Positions 1 through 10,216 of a stretch of 64,000 bases of DNA are shown in pieces. The number at the start of each line of letters is the position of its first letter. The first letter of the stretch is position 1. The notes below the pieces were generated by a model. The model searched no databases and was not told the DNA's origin. It saw only the letters and a list, made by a program, of their open reading frames with translations. The position numbers were made by a program, and so were the translations under genes. This stretch comes from a virus. The stretch is taken from the IMG/VR virus record IMGVR_UViG_3300008261_000005; one strand, given 5' to 3'.

Positions 1-1
1 A

Positions 2-3000
2 TTGCAAGGTATGAATAGTGATGCAAGGGCAACCATTGTATTCTACTATGGTGCTGACGGATCATCTACAATTGGTGAAGACTACATAGATGTAGATGTG
101 GTCAGTGGTGAGTTTCAAATTAACGAAACTTTGAAATACGGTGAAAGTGTTAAAGAACTTAACATTACAATCAATGTTGAGAGTGGAATTTACTACGAAG
201 ACTTGCCAATTAGATTACCTGCCAACGTTGCCATAATTGGTGACGAAATGCGTAGAACAATTATTCGTCCAAGAAATAGGATTTCTAAATCCAAATACAG
301 CAATGTTGCATTCTTTAGAGATAAAACATTTGACGGATTGCGTTTGACCGAGTACACTGGTACAAACCTTGCTCCAGCAACTACTGCAACTTCAAGTCAA
401 TTAACAGGCGATGTAGTAATTACATTAGGAACAGGTACTGCCAGCAGTACCTGGATTGGCGGATTTTTTAAAGCAACTCAAGGGACAGGCGAATATCCAG
501 CAGAAGGTGTTATTACAGCGGTCAATACCAACACATTCAATGTTACGTTGCACGATGATTTTTCATCGTTGACCCCTGTTACTAGTGGCAATTGGACAAT
601 ATTTCAAACAACCAATTACGGCCGTCACTATTTGCAAGATCCTGCATTACGTGAAAATACAATTATTTTAGACATTGAAGATACATATCCAAAAGCATCA
701 GCTCTATTACTATCTAATAAAGAGTTAATCAAAGACGAAGTAATTAGATATATGGATGTAACATATCCTACGTTACCTTATGATGATGTAGAATTTTCTA
801 GAAGTGTTGGTTTGATCGTTGATGCTATGTCAGCTGATTTGCTAACTGGTGAAATTGATAACGTGTTGTCTGTTGGAGAACAATACTTTGATCCTAGTCG
901 TTCACCTTTAGCTGTAACCACACAAAAAACTGAAACGCTAGTTGGCATTCAATACATCAATACTCTAGCACAACAAATAATTACAAACACAACATTATCA
1001 CCTAAACGTGGTACTATTGCACAAGTTAAAGATTTAGTTAATCCAGGAGAAACTGAATCTAGTACACGAATTTCTGGACAAGTTGGAGCAATTAAGGCAG
1101 CAATTGGCAAATACGATGTTGGGTCTATTTACAATCCACCTAAAAATAATTTAGAAATGGATGTGTTTTTATGCAATGACAGTGTTATTTTAAGACAGAT
1201 ATGTGTGCAAGGCCACGGCGGATTTATGATGGTTCTTGACCCTGCTGGACAAATTTTAAGTAAGTCTCCTTACTGTCAACAAAGTTCAAGTTTTTCTGGA
1301 TCAATAAACAAACAACGATTTGCTGGAGGACAGTTTGTTGATGGATTCAATGCTAATCTATCAGCTATTGTTACTACTAAGATAAATTCCACAAATATTG
1401 ATGTTACAAATACTGATCGCAAGCCGCAAGTGCCGGCGTTTTTCCAAGTAAATGCAAATCGATATAGAATTGACGCTGTAAATTATTCTGGTAATGGGTA
1501 CGAAAATGCTGCGGCATTATTAAAAATTAACAAAAATTTTATCAAAGCACAAGTAGTTGCAAAAGTTGCAGCTGATAATCCAACACTAGTTTACCCTGAA
1601 GTAAAAATTAATATAGAAACTGGTCACATTGTAGATGCTCTGGTACACGATTTGTTATACGGCGGCAACAGCGAAACATTAGAATTATCATATGCGTTTT
1701 ATGTAGGAAGAAAATTACAACTATCTTCAATATATAAACCAGTTTTTCTAACATCGTGTGAATATATTAGAACAATATCACGTGATATTATTGCCAACGT
1801 AACAGTAATACCATTACAGACTGAAGTTACACAAACAACTGGCGCAACAGGTGAAACTCTTGCTCTTGCAAAAATTAATACATTGGTAACTTCTACTTTA
1901 GTTACTGTTATCAACGGTGGTGTAACTGCTGCACCAGCAAGAAGTTACGCTACTTATAGATTATTGCTATCAGGGTCAACCCCGTTGGGATCAACAATAC
2001 TAACATCGTTACCATCCGATATTACTATTGTTGGTGCTGGAAATACAAGTATGTTGTCTAATGACTTTACACAAATTAACGATTTGGGTTATGGTCTTAT
2101 TGCTATAAACAAAGGACTAGTTGAAACAGTTTCAGTATTCTCATACTATTGCCATACGGCATTTTATGCTAAGAGTGGTGGACAGATTCGTTCATTAAAC
2201 GGGTCAACAGCATACGGCGTTTATGGTTTAGTTGCTGAAGGTGGTGATCCGTTAGAAGTACCAGATAATATTACGCTAGCCGACGATATGATTCAAGTGG
2301 CTAGAATTTACAAATTGGGAACATTTGTAAACACAGGTGACCTTAATGATACTTCATGGATTGTACACGACTTTAGTTACCCAATCGCAGCAATTAGCGA
2401 TATTGAAATTAATCACGGATCAACATTGGGTATTGCTAGATATGAAGTAAACCGCTGTGAAGATGTTTCTTTAGATGCTGGATTACCACTTGGATCACTA
2501 ATACGTATCAATTTAACTACCAGTGTATCAGATACACTGGCAGGATTAATTGGACCTCTAACACATGACCAGACCGTTATTGTTAGGGCTAAACGTTCAT
2601 TTAGATTTTATGATGTTACTGAAACAAACCCTATTAGACCTAGCACTGCATTGACGTTCATTGGTGATCCAAGTCCAGAAACTCCAGCAGTTTACAGAGC
2701 TGTTGCATACGCTAGTACAAACTCTCTTGGAGTACCACTACAATCAGCTGCACAATCAATAGTGTCATCTGTATCTAGAACCAGCGGAGTTGCTACAGTA
2801 GTCACCTTAGCTGCTCACGGTTTAATTAGTGGAAAATTTGCGGAAGTTGATGTTAGTATATCATCGTTCAACACCACGTTTGCCACCGTCACTGTAATTG
2901 ACTCTGTAACATTTACATATGCAAATGCTGGCCCTGATGTAGCAACTACAACAGCTACTGGAATTTGTATTCCTAATAAAGAAGCACAGATTCGTATTGA

Positions 3001-6000
3001 CCAGGACTACAGATATATTCAATTGACTGTAAAACAACTCAGTGTTGTCAACGGTGATATTGTATCATTAGCAAGAGCAGCAGATGTGGCAACTGTTTAT
3101 ATTGATGAGCCACACGGATTAAATGTTGGTGAAATTATTTCTATCAATGCAGATGATGTGCTATATGATGTTGATTATGTTACAATTCTTTCTACTCCAA
3201 CGCCTTACTCGGTAACATACGCAAACCCAGGAGCCAGTGAAGCTACAAAGGTAGGAACTGGTACATTAAGTATTTTAATAGTATCAAAACTTGGCTATGT
3301 TGACATAAGTTTCATTAGTAGAAATGGCAGTAACGTTGCTCAAGCAGTTTGTGCTCGACCACACGGATTATCCACTGGTAATCTTGTTGATATTAGTATT
3401 GATGATGCTACTTATAACGGAACTGGAATTAGTGTAACCGTTGTTAATCAAACCACCTTTACATATGCAAACACTGGATCATTAGAAACGGAAAAATTTG
3501 TGCTAGGTACATGTATCCGAGGCACAAGTACCTTAGGTGCAACTGCGGGGGATAGGCAATTTGCAATTAGCCGAGTAACAACTCCTGAGATTGCTAGACT
3601 GAACACTGGACAAATGCTTACTGCATGGAATGGTAAAGTTTTTAGAATCACAAACTATTTTGATAAAGGTGTAAGTGCAAACTACGGTATCATATCTATT
3701 GAAGATTACTTTGATATTAATACAGCAGAGGACTCCGTTCCAACAATTGGTCTAACTAGTTCATTGACACACGTAACTAACTTGGATTTATCATCAAACA
3801 TCTTCTCATTACGTGCTGGCTTAGCAGCTGAAGAAAATGTAGAAATTTTAGTTAACATTAGTACTTGTCGTGCTACGGGACATGATTTCTTAGATATTGG
3901 TACTGGTGGATATAACGCTTCAAATTATCCAAGTAAAATTTATGGACGTGGTGGATTACCAGGCGGTCTCAGTGTTGAAGTTGTTGAAAAAACACAAGGT
4001 CGTGTTTTCTGGATATCAACAGATCAAAACGGTTTCTTCCGTGTAGGTAGATTTTTTACAGTTGACCAAGGCACTGGCAGCGTAAGTTTTAATGCTAATA
4101 TTGGTCTTACTGGTCTGAGTTCATTGGCATTGACATCGGGTCGTGAAATTAACGAGTTCTCAGAAGACAGCGAATTTATTGACATGGCTGATGACTCAGT
4201 TCCAACTGAAAATGCCGTTGGTACTTATATTGATAGACGACTTGGAATGAATAAGGAAAATGTTCCAATTTCAAGTCTAGCATTGTCAGCAGTTGGTCCA
4301 GGATATATGGACCGTGCTGGTATTTTGGAAGCAACTGCTGATTTAAGATTTGGCGGATTCAAACTTAAAAACGTTGGCGCTCCAGTATCAGATACTGATG
4401 CTGCACATAAGTTATATGTTGACAGTTTAGTTGCACAATATGATTCCGTTGATGCATTAAAGAACGTAAACATTTTTAGTCCACAACCAGCAGACGTGGC
4501 AGCTTTCCCAATTGCTGGTGGGGCAATAATTAGTGCAACTATTTCAGGTGATATTACTGCTACATTTAGCAGTGCTGATACAACAACCTTAGTAGGCCCA
4601 ATTACTGGCATAACACAGTTAGATGTCAACAGTGGTATTACTGTAGTGAACATTACTGGATTTCCAACATCAGGCTACTTAAAGATTAACGATGAAATAT
4701 TTTATTATGCCAGCGTAACTGGAGCATCAAACAGATTTGATGATGTTGTACGTTTAAGTGTAAGTTCAGCTACTGATATCAAGTTTGGTCCAGACTTCCA
4801 AGACCCGTCAACTCACAGTGCTGGATCTATAGTTCACGGATTAAATGATGCACAATTAAATTATCAAATTAACCCTGGTGTCATTATTGATGCCGATGTA
4901 AACTCTGGAGCTGATATTGCACAAAGCAAGTTGTTAATGAATTTGGCAACTGCCCGTGCAACAGTTCCAACTGGTACTGCTAGAGCAAAACAAAACTTGA
5001 GCGGATTAGCAAGTTTTGATTCAGCTAATTTTGAAGTTGCAGAAGGATGGGTTGGAATTAAAGCTGGCGGTGTCGCAAGATCTGAAATGGCCAACATTGA
5101 TAATAAAGCAATCTTAGGCAACTTCACAGGAGCTTCTGCGGCACCTCAACAAGTTAGTTCACAAAGTATTGTTGAAGAAGGCTTACGTACAGCATTTAAT
5201 ACTACCGGCGTTGTAACTATTACAGCGGTTGCTGGTACTAGTCCAAACAACGTAAACAGCTATGCTATTACAAGCGTGACTACTACTGGCGGCAATGATA
5301 GTTTAGTAAAAACATTAAGTGCTGGAGAAATTGACGTTAAACAATTAAAAGTTGACGGTTACAAAATAATTGACACTGCAAGTACACACGTTGAATTTTA
5401 CAGTCCAGCTGCTGGAACTGCATTTAACTTTATGAGTTCGGCAGGTACCGATCCAACTGGTACAACTTATATTCATAATAATCTCGATGTTGCCACTGGC
5501 CTAAATGTAACCGGAGTTTTAACTTCAACAAATATCACAACTGGATCGTTATTAGGCAGCGGTTCATTAACGGGTGTTTGGACCTTACAAGATACCAGTA
5601 AACTAGTTTTAGAAACTGGCGGTATAATTGACGCAAGAGCTGGTAGCATAGAAGTTGATGATATCACAACTGGAAGTGCAACAACTCGAGGTGATATCCA
5701 AGGTGAGTGGCATTTGGATGGCACATTTGAAGCTACATACGCTGACTTGGCAGAGTGGTACGCATCTGACCAAGAATATGAACCAGGTACTGTACTAGTA
5801 TTTGGTGGCGCAGCAGAAGTAACAACAACATTTATTTCATCTGATAGTAGAGTTGCTGGTGTGGTAACAACTAATCCAGCCTATGTGATGAATAAAGATT
5901 TACAAGGTACAAGAGCTTGTATTGCGCTCCAAGGGCGTGTGCCAGTAAAAGTATTGGGAATTATTAAAAAGGGCGATCTAATAACTACCGCAGCCCAAGC

Positions 6001-6115
6001 TGGTTATGGATGTAAAGCAATGAATCCACAAGTTGGAACTATTATTGGTAAGGCAATTGCTGATAAACTGGACCCTGGCAAGGGAATTGTTGAAGTAGCG
6101 GTAGGGAGAATATAA
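2..6115 (+). CDS. Giant virion structural/tail protein (5' end probably outside the window): pectin-lyase-like beta-helix segments, three internal 'SR..VATV....HGL..G' repeats, C-terminal intramolecular-chaperone/autocleavage domain
   Basis: 2037-aa ORF open from the window edge. 'GIYYEDLPIRLPANVAIIGDEMRRTIIRP' resembles a beta-helix start. C-terminal 'ADLAEWYASDQEYEPGTVL...IALQGRVPVKV...KGDLI...IIGKA' resembles peptidase-G2-like chaperone domains of phage fibres. Confidence 0.7.
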   Translation: MQGMNSDARATIVFYYGADGSSTIGEDYIDVDVVSGEFQINETLKYGESVKELNITINVESGIYYEDLPIRLPANVAIIGDEMRRTIIRPRNRISKSKYSNVAFFRDKTFDGLRLTEYTGTNLAPATTATSSQLTGDVVITLGTGTASSTWIGGFFKATQGTGEYPAEGVITAVNTNTFNVTLHDDFSSLTPVTSGNWTIFQTTNYGRHYLQDPALRENTIILDIEDTYPKASALLLSNKELIKDEVIRYMDVTYPTLPYDDVEFSRSVGLIVDAMSADLLTGEIDNVLSVGEQYFDPSRSPLAVTTQKTETLVGIQYINTLAQQIITNTTLSPKRGTIAQVKDLVNPGETESSTRISGQVGAIKAAIGKYDVGSIYNPPKNNLEMDVFLCNDSVILRQICVQGHGGFMMVLDPAGQILSKSPYCQQSSSFSGSINKQRFAGGQFVDGFNANLSAIVTTKINSTNIDVTNTDRKPQVPAFFQVNANRYRIDAVNYSGNGYENAAALLKINKNFIKAQVVAKVAADNPTLVYPEVKINIETGHIVDALVHDLLYGGNSETLELSYAFYVGRKLQLSSIYKPVFLTSCEYIRTISRDIIANVTVIPLQTEVTQTTGATGETLALAKINTLVTSTLVTVINGGVTAAPARSYATYRLLLSGSTPLGSTILTSLPSDITIVGAGNTSMLSNDFTQINDLGYGLIAINKGLVETVSVFSYYCHTAFYAKSGGQIRSLNGSTAYGVYGLVAEGGDPLEVPDNITLADDMIQVARIYKLGTFVNTGDLNDTSWIVHDFSYPIAAISDIEINHGSTLGIARYEVNRCEDVSLDAGLPLGSLIRINLTTSVSDTLAGLIGPLTHDQTVIVRAKRSFRFYDVTETNPIRPSTALTFIGDPSPETPAVYRAVAYASTNSLGVPLQSAAQSIVSSVSRTSGVATVVTLAAHGLISGKFAEVDVSISSFNTTFATVTVIDSVTFTYANAGPDVATTTATGICIPNKEAQIRIDQDYRYIQLTVKQLSVVNGDIVSLARAADVATVYIDEPHGLNVGEIISINADDVLYDVDYVTILSTPTPYSVTYANPGASEATKVGTGTLSILIVSKLGYVDISFISRNGSNVAQAVCARPHGLSTGNLVDISIDDATYNGTGISVTVVNQTTFTYANTGSLETEKFVLGTCIRGTSTLGATAGDRQFAISRVTTPEIARLNTGQMLTAWNGKVFRITNYFDKGVSANYGIISIEDYFDINTAEDSVPTIGLTSSLTHVTNLDLSSNIFSLRAGLAAEENVEILVNISTCRATGHDFLDIGTGGYNASNYPSKIYGRGGLPGGLSVEVVEKTQGRVFWISTDQNGFFRVGRFFTVDQGTGSVSFNANIGLTGLSSLALTSGREINEFSEDSEFIDMADDSVPTENAVGTYIDRRLGMNKENVPISSLALSAVGPGYMDRAGILEATADLRFGGFKLKNVGAPVSDTDAAHKLYVDSLVAQYDSVDALKNVNIFSPQPADVAAFPIAGGAIISATISGDITATFSSADTTTLVGPITGITQLDVNSGITVVNITGFPTSGYLKINDEIFYYASVTGASNRFDDVVRLSVSSATDIKFGPDFQDPSTHSAGSIVHGLNDAQLNYQINPGVIIDADVNSGADIAQSKLLMNLATARATVPTGTARAKQNLSGLASFDSANFEVAEGWVGIKAGGVARSEMANIDNKAILGNFTGASAAPQQVSSQSIVEEGLRTAFNTTGVVTITAVAGTSPNNVNSYAITSVTTTGGNDSLVKTLSAGEIDVKQLKVDGYKIIDTASTHVEFYSPAAGTAFNFMSSAGTDPTGTTYIHNNLDVATGLNVTGVLTSTNITTGSLLGSGSLTGVWTLQDTSKLVLETGGIIDARAGSIEVDDITTGSATTRGDIQGEWHLDGTFEATYADLAEWYASDQEYEPGTVLVFGGAAEVTTTFISSDSRVAGVVTTNPAYVMNKDLQGTRACIALQGRVPVKVLGIIKKGDLITTAAQAGYGCKAMNPQVGTIIGKAIADKLDPGKGIVEVAVGRI

Positions 6116-9100
6116 TGGCAAAATTAAATATCAATATTGGTACGGCAGACAAGGGTGACGGAGATCCGTTACGTGTAGCGTTTAGTAAAGTTAACGACAA
6201 CTTTACTGAGCTTTATACAGCACTGGGATTAGATGTTGCTCCTTTAAACCTGGGAGCATTTGAGTTTACGGGCAGTGTGATGAGCACTACTGATAGTTCA
6301 GCAATCACTATCGATCAAGCAACTACTATAACTAGCAACTTGACTGTGGGTGGGGACATATTACCCAGCACAAACTTAGGTGGAAACCTTGGTAGTCCCA
6401 CTCAAATGTGGAAGAGTTTGTATGTTAGCAACAACACCATATACATCAACAATGTTCCATTAAGGATTAACGCTTCTTTAACGGTCACCGATGCCGGCGA
6501 GTTATATGTTGACGGACAGTTATTTTCAGGTGGAGGTGGATCCATATCTGACTTTGGTGAAGGCTTTACTGATTCATTAGATGCTGGAAAGATTACCACC
6601 AGCAAACTGTATAATGAAAATCCTAACCAAGGACTCAACAACCAGTATGTACTGGAAGTCACTAATGGTGGTGTTGTTGTATTGCCAGATCAAAGTATCA
6701 TCAACGGTGCTACACTAAAAACTGTTGCGGGCAACTATGCTGGTATCACAGCAGGACCCGCAAGCCCAGCAGGCAAGGATGAAGATTCGTGGGTGTGGGT
6801 TGACAACAATGGCGCTACTATTGCCACAAAATACAGTACAGATGCTCATACTTGGACATTTAACAACAGTGGTGCATTAACATTCCCACAAGGCACCACA
6901 ATTGCCACCGCTGACGGAACAGATGCATTTATCATAGACGGTGCTGTTGACAAAGATATTCAAATATATACCTACAGTGGTCCTACTCCTACTGCTCACG
7001 GTTGGACGTTTGGCGCAGATGGTAACTTAACACTACCAGCTGGTGGTGCCATTAATAACACCGACGGTATCAAACTTGTGACTGATAGAGGCACATTGGC
7101 CATTGGCACTAACATGGAATTGCCAGGTGTGGCAGGACACTTCCACATTGCCTTTAACGGCAGTAACAGTAATCCACCCGCTAGTGATCTGTTCCTGGGT
7201 GACGACTACAACTATGTTAAATTGCCTGGATCTCAACTCAATCCTGATACATTTGGTGTGGAGATTGGCACAGACAATAGAAACCTTGGCCTGCAGAATA
7301 TTGAAGTTGATGATGTAGATGAACTTGTGCCACCAGGTGGCGTTTGGCGTTTGTTTATTGACCACGAAGATTATCCCAACTTGGGATCTTCGGTCAGCGT
7401 AGGTGACACAGTGACCACATCATGGGGAACACCCATAACTGCCACAATCACAGACGTTGTTGAAGAACCTGGTAACTCCTGGAAAATTCATGTTGCTCAA
7501 GATATTACAGCAGGATTTGAAGAACCTGGTGCAACCCAAACAGTTTCATTTGGTACATCAGGCCTCAGTTATACTTGGCGATTTGGCACAGATGGTGATT
7601 TAGCGATTCCACCGGGCAAGACCATCCGTGACGCTATGACTGGTGATGACTTGCTAGATATCAAAGTGGTTCGTCAAGACACAGCACCCACAGCAGACAA
7701 TGGTACCTTATGGTTCAACACAGTTGAAGGTAGACTCTACATCAAGTACAGCGATGTGTGGGTTGATGCGGCACCTTTAGTTCAACCTCCACCAGACACT
7801 GACATTGATGTCGTATCGATCACATTCCCAGATGCGTCAGTATTAACTTCTGTGGCGGACCTAACTCCAGATAGATTAGTCAGCGGCGTTCATGAACTGG
7901 TGCTTGGCACAGATGGTACACTAACACTACCAAATGGCATGACCATAGATAGTTATGGTACATCGGGTACAAACGCCACTGTTACTATTGGTGGCGACAA
8001 TACTGAGATTAGAATTGACAACGATGGAGCACCTCCGGGATTCCTTATTACAACTGATAAGACCGGAGAAAGTTATCAATGGTTGTTTGGACCAGATGGT
8101 AGTTTAACATTGCCTACCGGTGGACATATTGGTCCGAGTGGCGGTAAAGGACTAGGTACTACGTATGGCGGCGCAAATGATCATTTAGTAAGTTTAACCA
8201 GTTATTATGATAGTGGTCTATATTCCAGTTGTGTTACTGCTTACGCTGATGGTACATTAAACATCACTGCTTATAATGATGGCGGCCCAAATCCGGCTAA
8301 AATCTGGACATTTGCTAATGATGGTACATTAACCATTCCAGGCGACATCCTCAGTGAAAACGGTATTAATATTGACATCAACTTGAGTGACTCAACACTA
8401 CGCAGATGGCGTTTTGGTGAAGAAGGTGATCTGAACCTACCCCAAGGTAGCACAATAGGTGAAACTGCCACTACCACAGTGATTACACCGCCAGGAGCAT
8501 TGCCTGGGCAGAGTTTGGTTATTCGTCCAACAATAGGAATATTTTCTCTATCAACAGATCATCCAGATGGATTTGTTCCAGGCTCAAGCATAACCATAAC
8601 AACGTCTTCAGTACATGGCGGAGTCGGCACATTAGATTATGAATTTACAGGTGCTACTGCCCAGCAACTGGGCCGCGCAACAACTGGCAGTTTGACAGAT
8701 GTTGATTTGAATGCTCCAGTAGACCTAACTTGGACAATACCAGCACAAAGTAGTATGACTACATTTACCTTTACCCTAGTAAGTGGAACTGGGTTTGGGG
8801 GTGTTACTGGATTGCCTATCGAAATTACCGTTACATTAGACGGTTCGGCAGTATCCGAAAACAACCACGTACACTTGCTATCAGGCAATCCTGCGACCAC
8901 TGACCTATACCTAGGCGATGATGACCAGTATGTCAAGATTGAAAAGAATGGTGGCGATGTTGTCATAGGCACTGACACAGATACCAATCACTGGACATTT
9001 GATACCAGTGGTGGGTTGACATTACCTCAAGGTGGTGTTATTGATGAAACGCCCGCCGGCGAAACACTTACTCTTGTAGGTGCTGGACTAGCCGTGGTAA

Positions 9101-9981
9101 ATCAAACCTACACCAAAGTTGGTTCCACACTTTACTCAGGTAGTAATGGTATAACTATTAACAACCAAAGCGGTGCTGGAACTTGGTACTGTCTTGAAGA
9201 AAACGATGCAAAATACACATCAACTGACCTAATTACTTGGAGTAACAGCACAGGAGGATTACCTGTTCCTACTGGCACAATTAACACACTACCTGAAACT
9301 GTTAATATCACAGTTGGCACTGAAACATGGGCATTTGGCGGAGATGGTAGTACAACATTGCCAGGTGTCCTAGTTAACAGCACAGTGGTCAAAGACGGTC
9401 CAGCACCAAATACCACAGGTGTTGCTCAATCACTATCCGCTAATTTTGAAGGGGATTTGACTGGTCTAACTGACAGCACATATGGTCCGTTTACACTAGA
9501 TGTAGTGACATTCAGTATCGTAGTATTTGGCGGGGTACTATCTGGTTTCAGTAATATTACTGTTAGCGGCGAATCTGTTGTTAACGCTGTGATAGGCACA
9601 ATTGACAGCGGCGAATTCAATGGCGTCGCAGCAGGTACCACCATCACTATCACAGTTGCTTCAGTAGTACAACCAACACCCACAGCACTGGATCTAACTA
9701 AATCCGTCAACAAACTAGCAGAAGGCTTATACTCATTAGCCGACGGTGTTGAAGGACAGATCATGTATTTGGTTCTACGAAATGGCAGTGTTCCAGCTAA
9801 CGTAGCTGTATCAGTTGCTAATAGTCGTATTACTGGAATATCGTATATAGGCGGCAGCACATTGTTGCCGTTTCAAACATATGATGGCACTTCTTCTGTT
9901 GTTGACAACACTGGAATGTGTACATTAATCTTTACAGAAGACCACTGGCAACAACAGGGCGGATACTGGGATTACACTTAA
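6115..9981 (+). CDS. Tail fibre / receptor-binding protein with T4 gp10/gp9-like N-terminal anchor and repeated W-x-F-x-x-D-G-x-L-x-x-P shaft motifs
   Basis: N-terminus 'MAKLNINIGTADKGDGDPLRVAFSKVNDNFTELY' parallels the T4 gp10 start (NINIG..DDGTGD.LR...KINENFDELY). About 9 copies of the shaft repeat; Gly/Thr-rich. Confidence 0.7.
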   Translation: MAKLNINIGTADKGDGDPLRVAFSKVNDNFTELYTALGLDVAPLNLGAFEFTGSVMSTTDSSAITIDQATTITSNLTVGGDILPSTNLGGNLGSPTQMWKSLYVSNNTIYINNVPLRINASLTVTDAGELYVDGQLFSGGGGSISDFGEGFTDSLDAGKITTSKLYNENPNQGLNNQYVLEVTNGGVVVLPDQSIINGATLKTVAGNYAGITAGPASPAGKDEDSWVWVDNNGATIATKYSTDAHTWTFNNSGALTFPQGTTIATADGTDAFIIDGAVDKDIQIYTYSGPTPTAHGWTFGADGNLTLPAGGAINNTDGIKLVTDRGTLAIGTNMELPGVAGHFHIAFNGSNSNPPASDLFLGDDYNYVKLPGSQLNPDTFGVEIGTDNRNLGLQNIEVDDVDELVPPGGVWRLFIDHEDYPNLGSSVSVGDTVTTSWGTPITATITDVVEEPGNSWKIHVAQDITAGFEEPGATQTVSFGTSGLSYTWRFGTDGDLAIPPGKTIRDAMTGDDLLDIKVVRQDTAPTADNGTLWFNTVEGRLYIKYSDVWVDAAPLVQPPPDTDIDVVSITFPDASVLTSVADLTPDRLVSGVHELVLGTDGTLTLPNGMTIDSYGTSGTNATVTIGGDNTEIRIDNDGAPPGFLITTDKTGESYQWLFGPDGSLTLPTGGHIGPSGGKGLGTTYGGANDHLVSLTSYYDSGLYSSCVTAYADGTLNITAYNDGGPNPAKIWTFANDGTLTIPGDILSENGINIDINLSDSTLRRWRFGEEGDLNLPQGSTIGETATTTVITPPGALPGQSLVIRPTIGIFSLSTDHPDGFVPGSSITITTSSVHGGVGTLDYEFTGATAQQLGRATTGSLTDVDLNAPVDLTWTIPAQSSMTTFTFTLVSGTGFGGVTGLPIEITVTLDGSAVSENNHVHLLSGNPATTDLYLGDDDQYVKIEKNGGDVVIGTDTDTNHWTFDTSGGLTLPQGGVIDETPAGETLTLVGAGLAVVNQTYTKVGSTLYSGSNGITINNQSGAGTWYCLEENDAKYTSTDLITWSNSTGGLPVPTGTINTLPETVNITVGTETWAFGGDGSTTLPGVLVNSTVVKDGPAPNTTGVAQSLSANFEGDLTGLTDSTYGPFTLDVVTFSIVVFGGVLSGFSNITVSGESVVNAVIGTIDSGEFNGVAAGTTITITVASVVQPTPTALDLTKSVNKLAEGLYSLADGVEGQIMYLVLRNGSVPANVAVSVANSRITGISYIGGSTLLPFQTYDGTSSVVDNTGMCTLIFTEDHWQQQGGYWDYT

Positions 9982-9982
9982 C

Positions 9983-9990
9983 GATAAATA
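9983..9990 (+). promoter_or_regulatory. T4-like late promoter GATAAATA
   Basis: NNTAAATA motif in the short intergenic gap upstream of the 10007/10217 genes; recurs before many structural genes. Confidence 0.6.
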
Positions 9991-10006
9991 TGAATAGGAC
10001 ACTAAA

Positions 10007-10213
10007 ATGGCAATAACATTTCCAACAGAGCCCACACTAGGGCAAGAATACGTAGGTGACAACGCTGTGACCTATCAATGGACCGGCAGCATTTGGAGCA
10101 CATTAGTTCCTTGGCTAGCAGGTAGAGCACAGTATGTAGCAGAGGGCGGGTTTGCTGATCAAACCTACAACAATAACTTAGACAACACCCTAGACGGTGG
10201 CAACGGAGCATAA
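10007..10213 (+). CDS. Small tail-fibre-associated protein
   Basis: 'MAITFPTEPTLGQEY...TYQWTGSIW' motif typical of phage fibre modules; AGGAC upstream; tight packing with neighbours. Confidence 0.6.
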   Translation: MAITFPTEPTLGQEYVGDNAVTYQWTGSIWSTLVPWLAGRAQYVAEGGFADQTYNNNLDNTLDGGNGA

Positions 10214-10216
10214 ACA

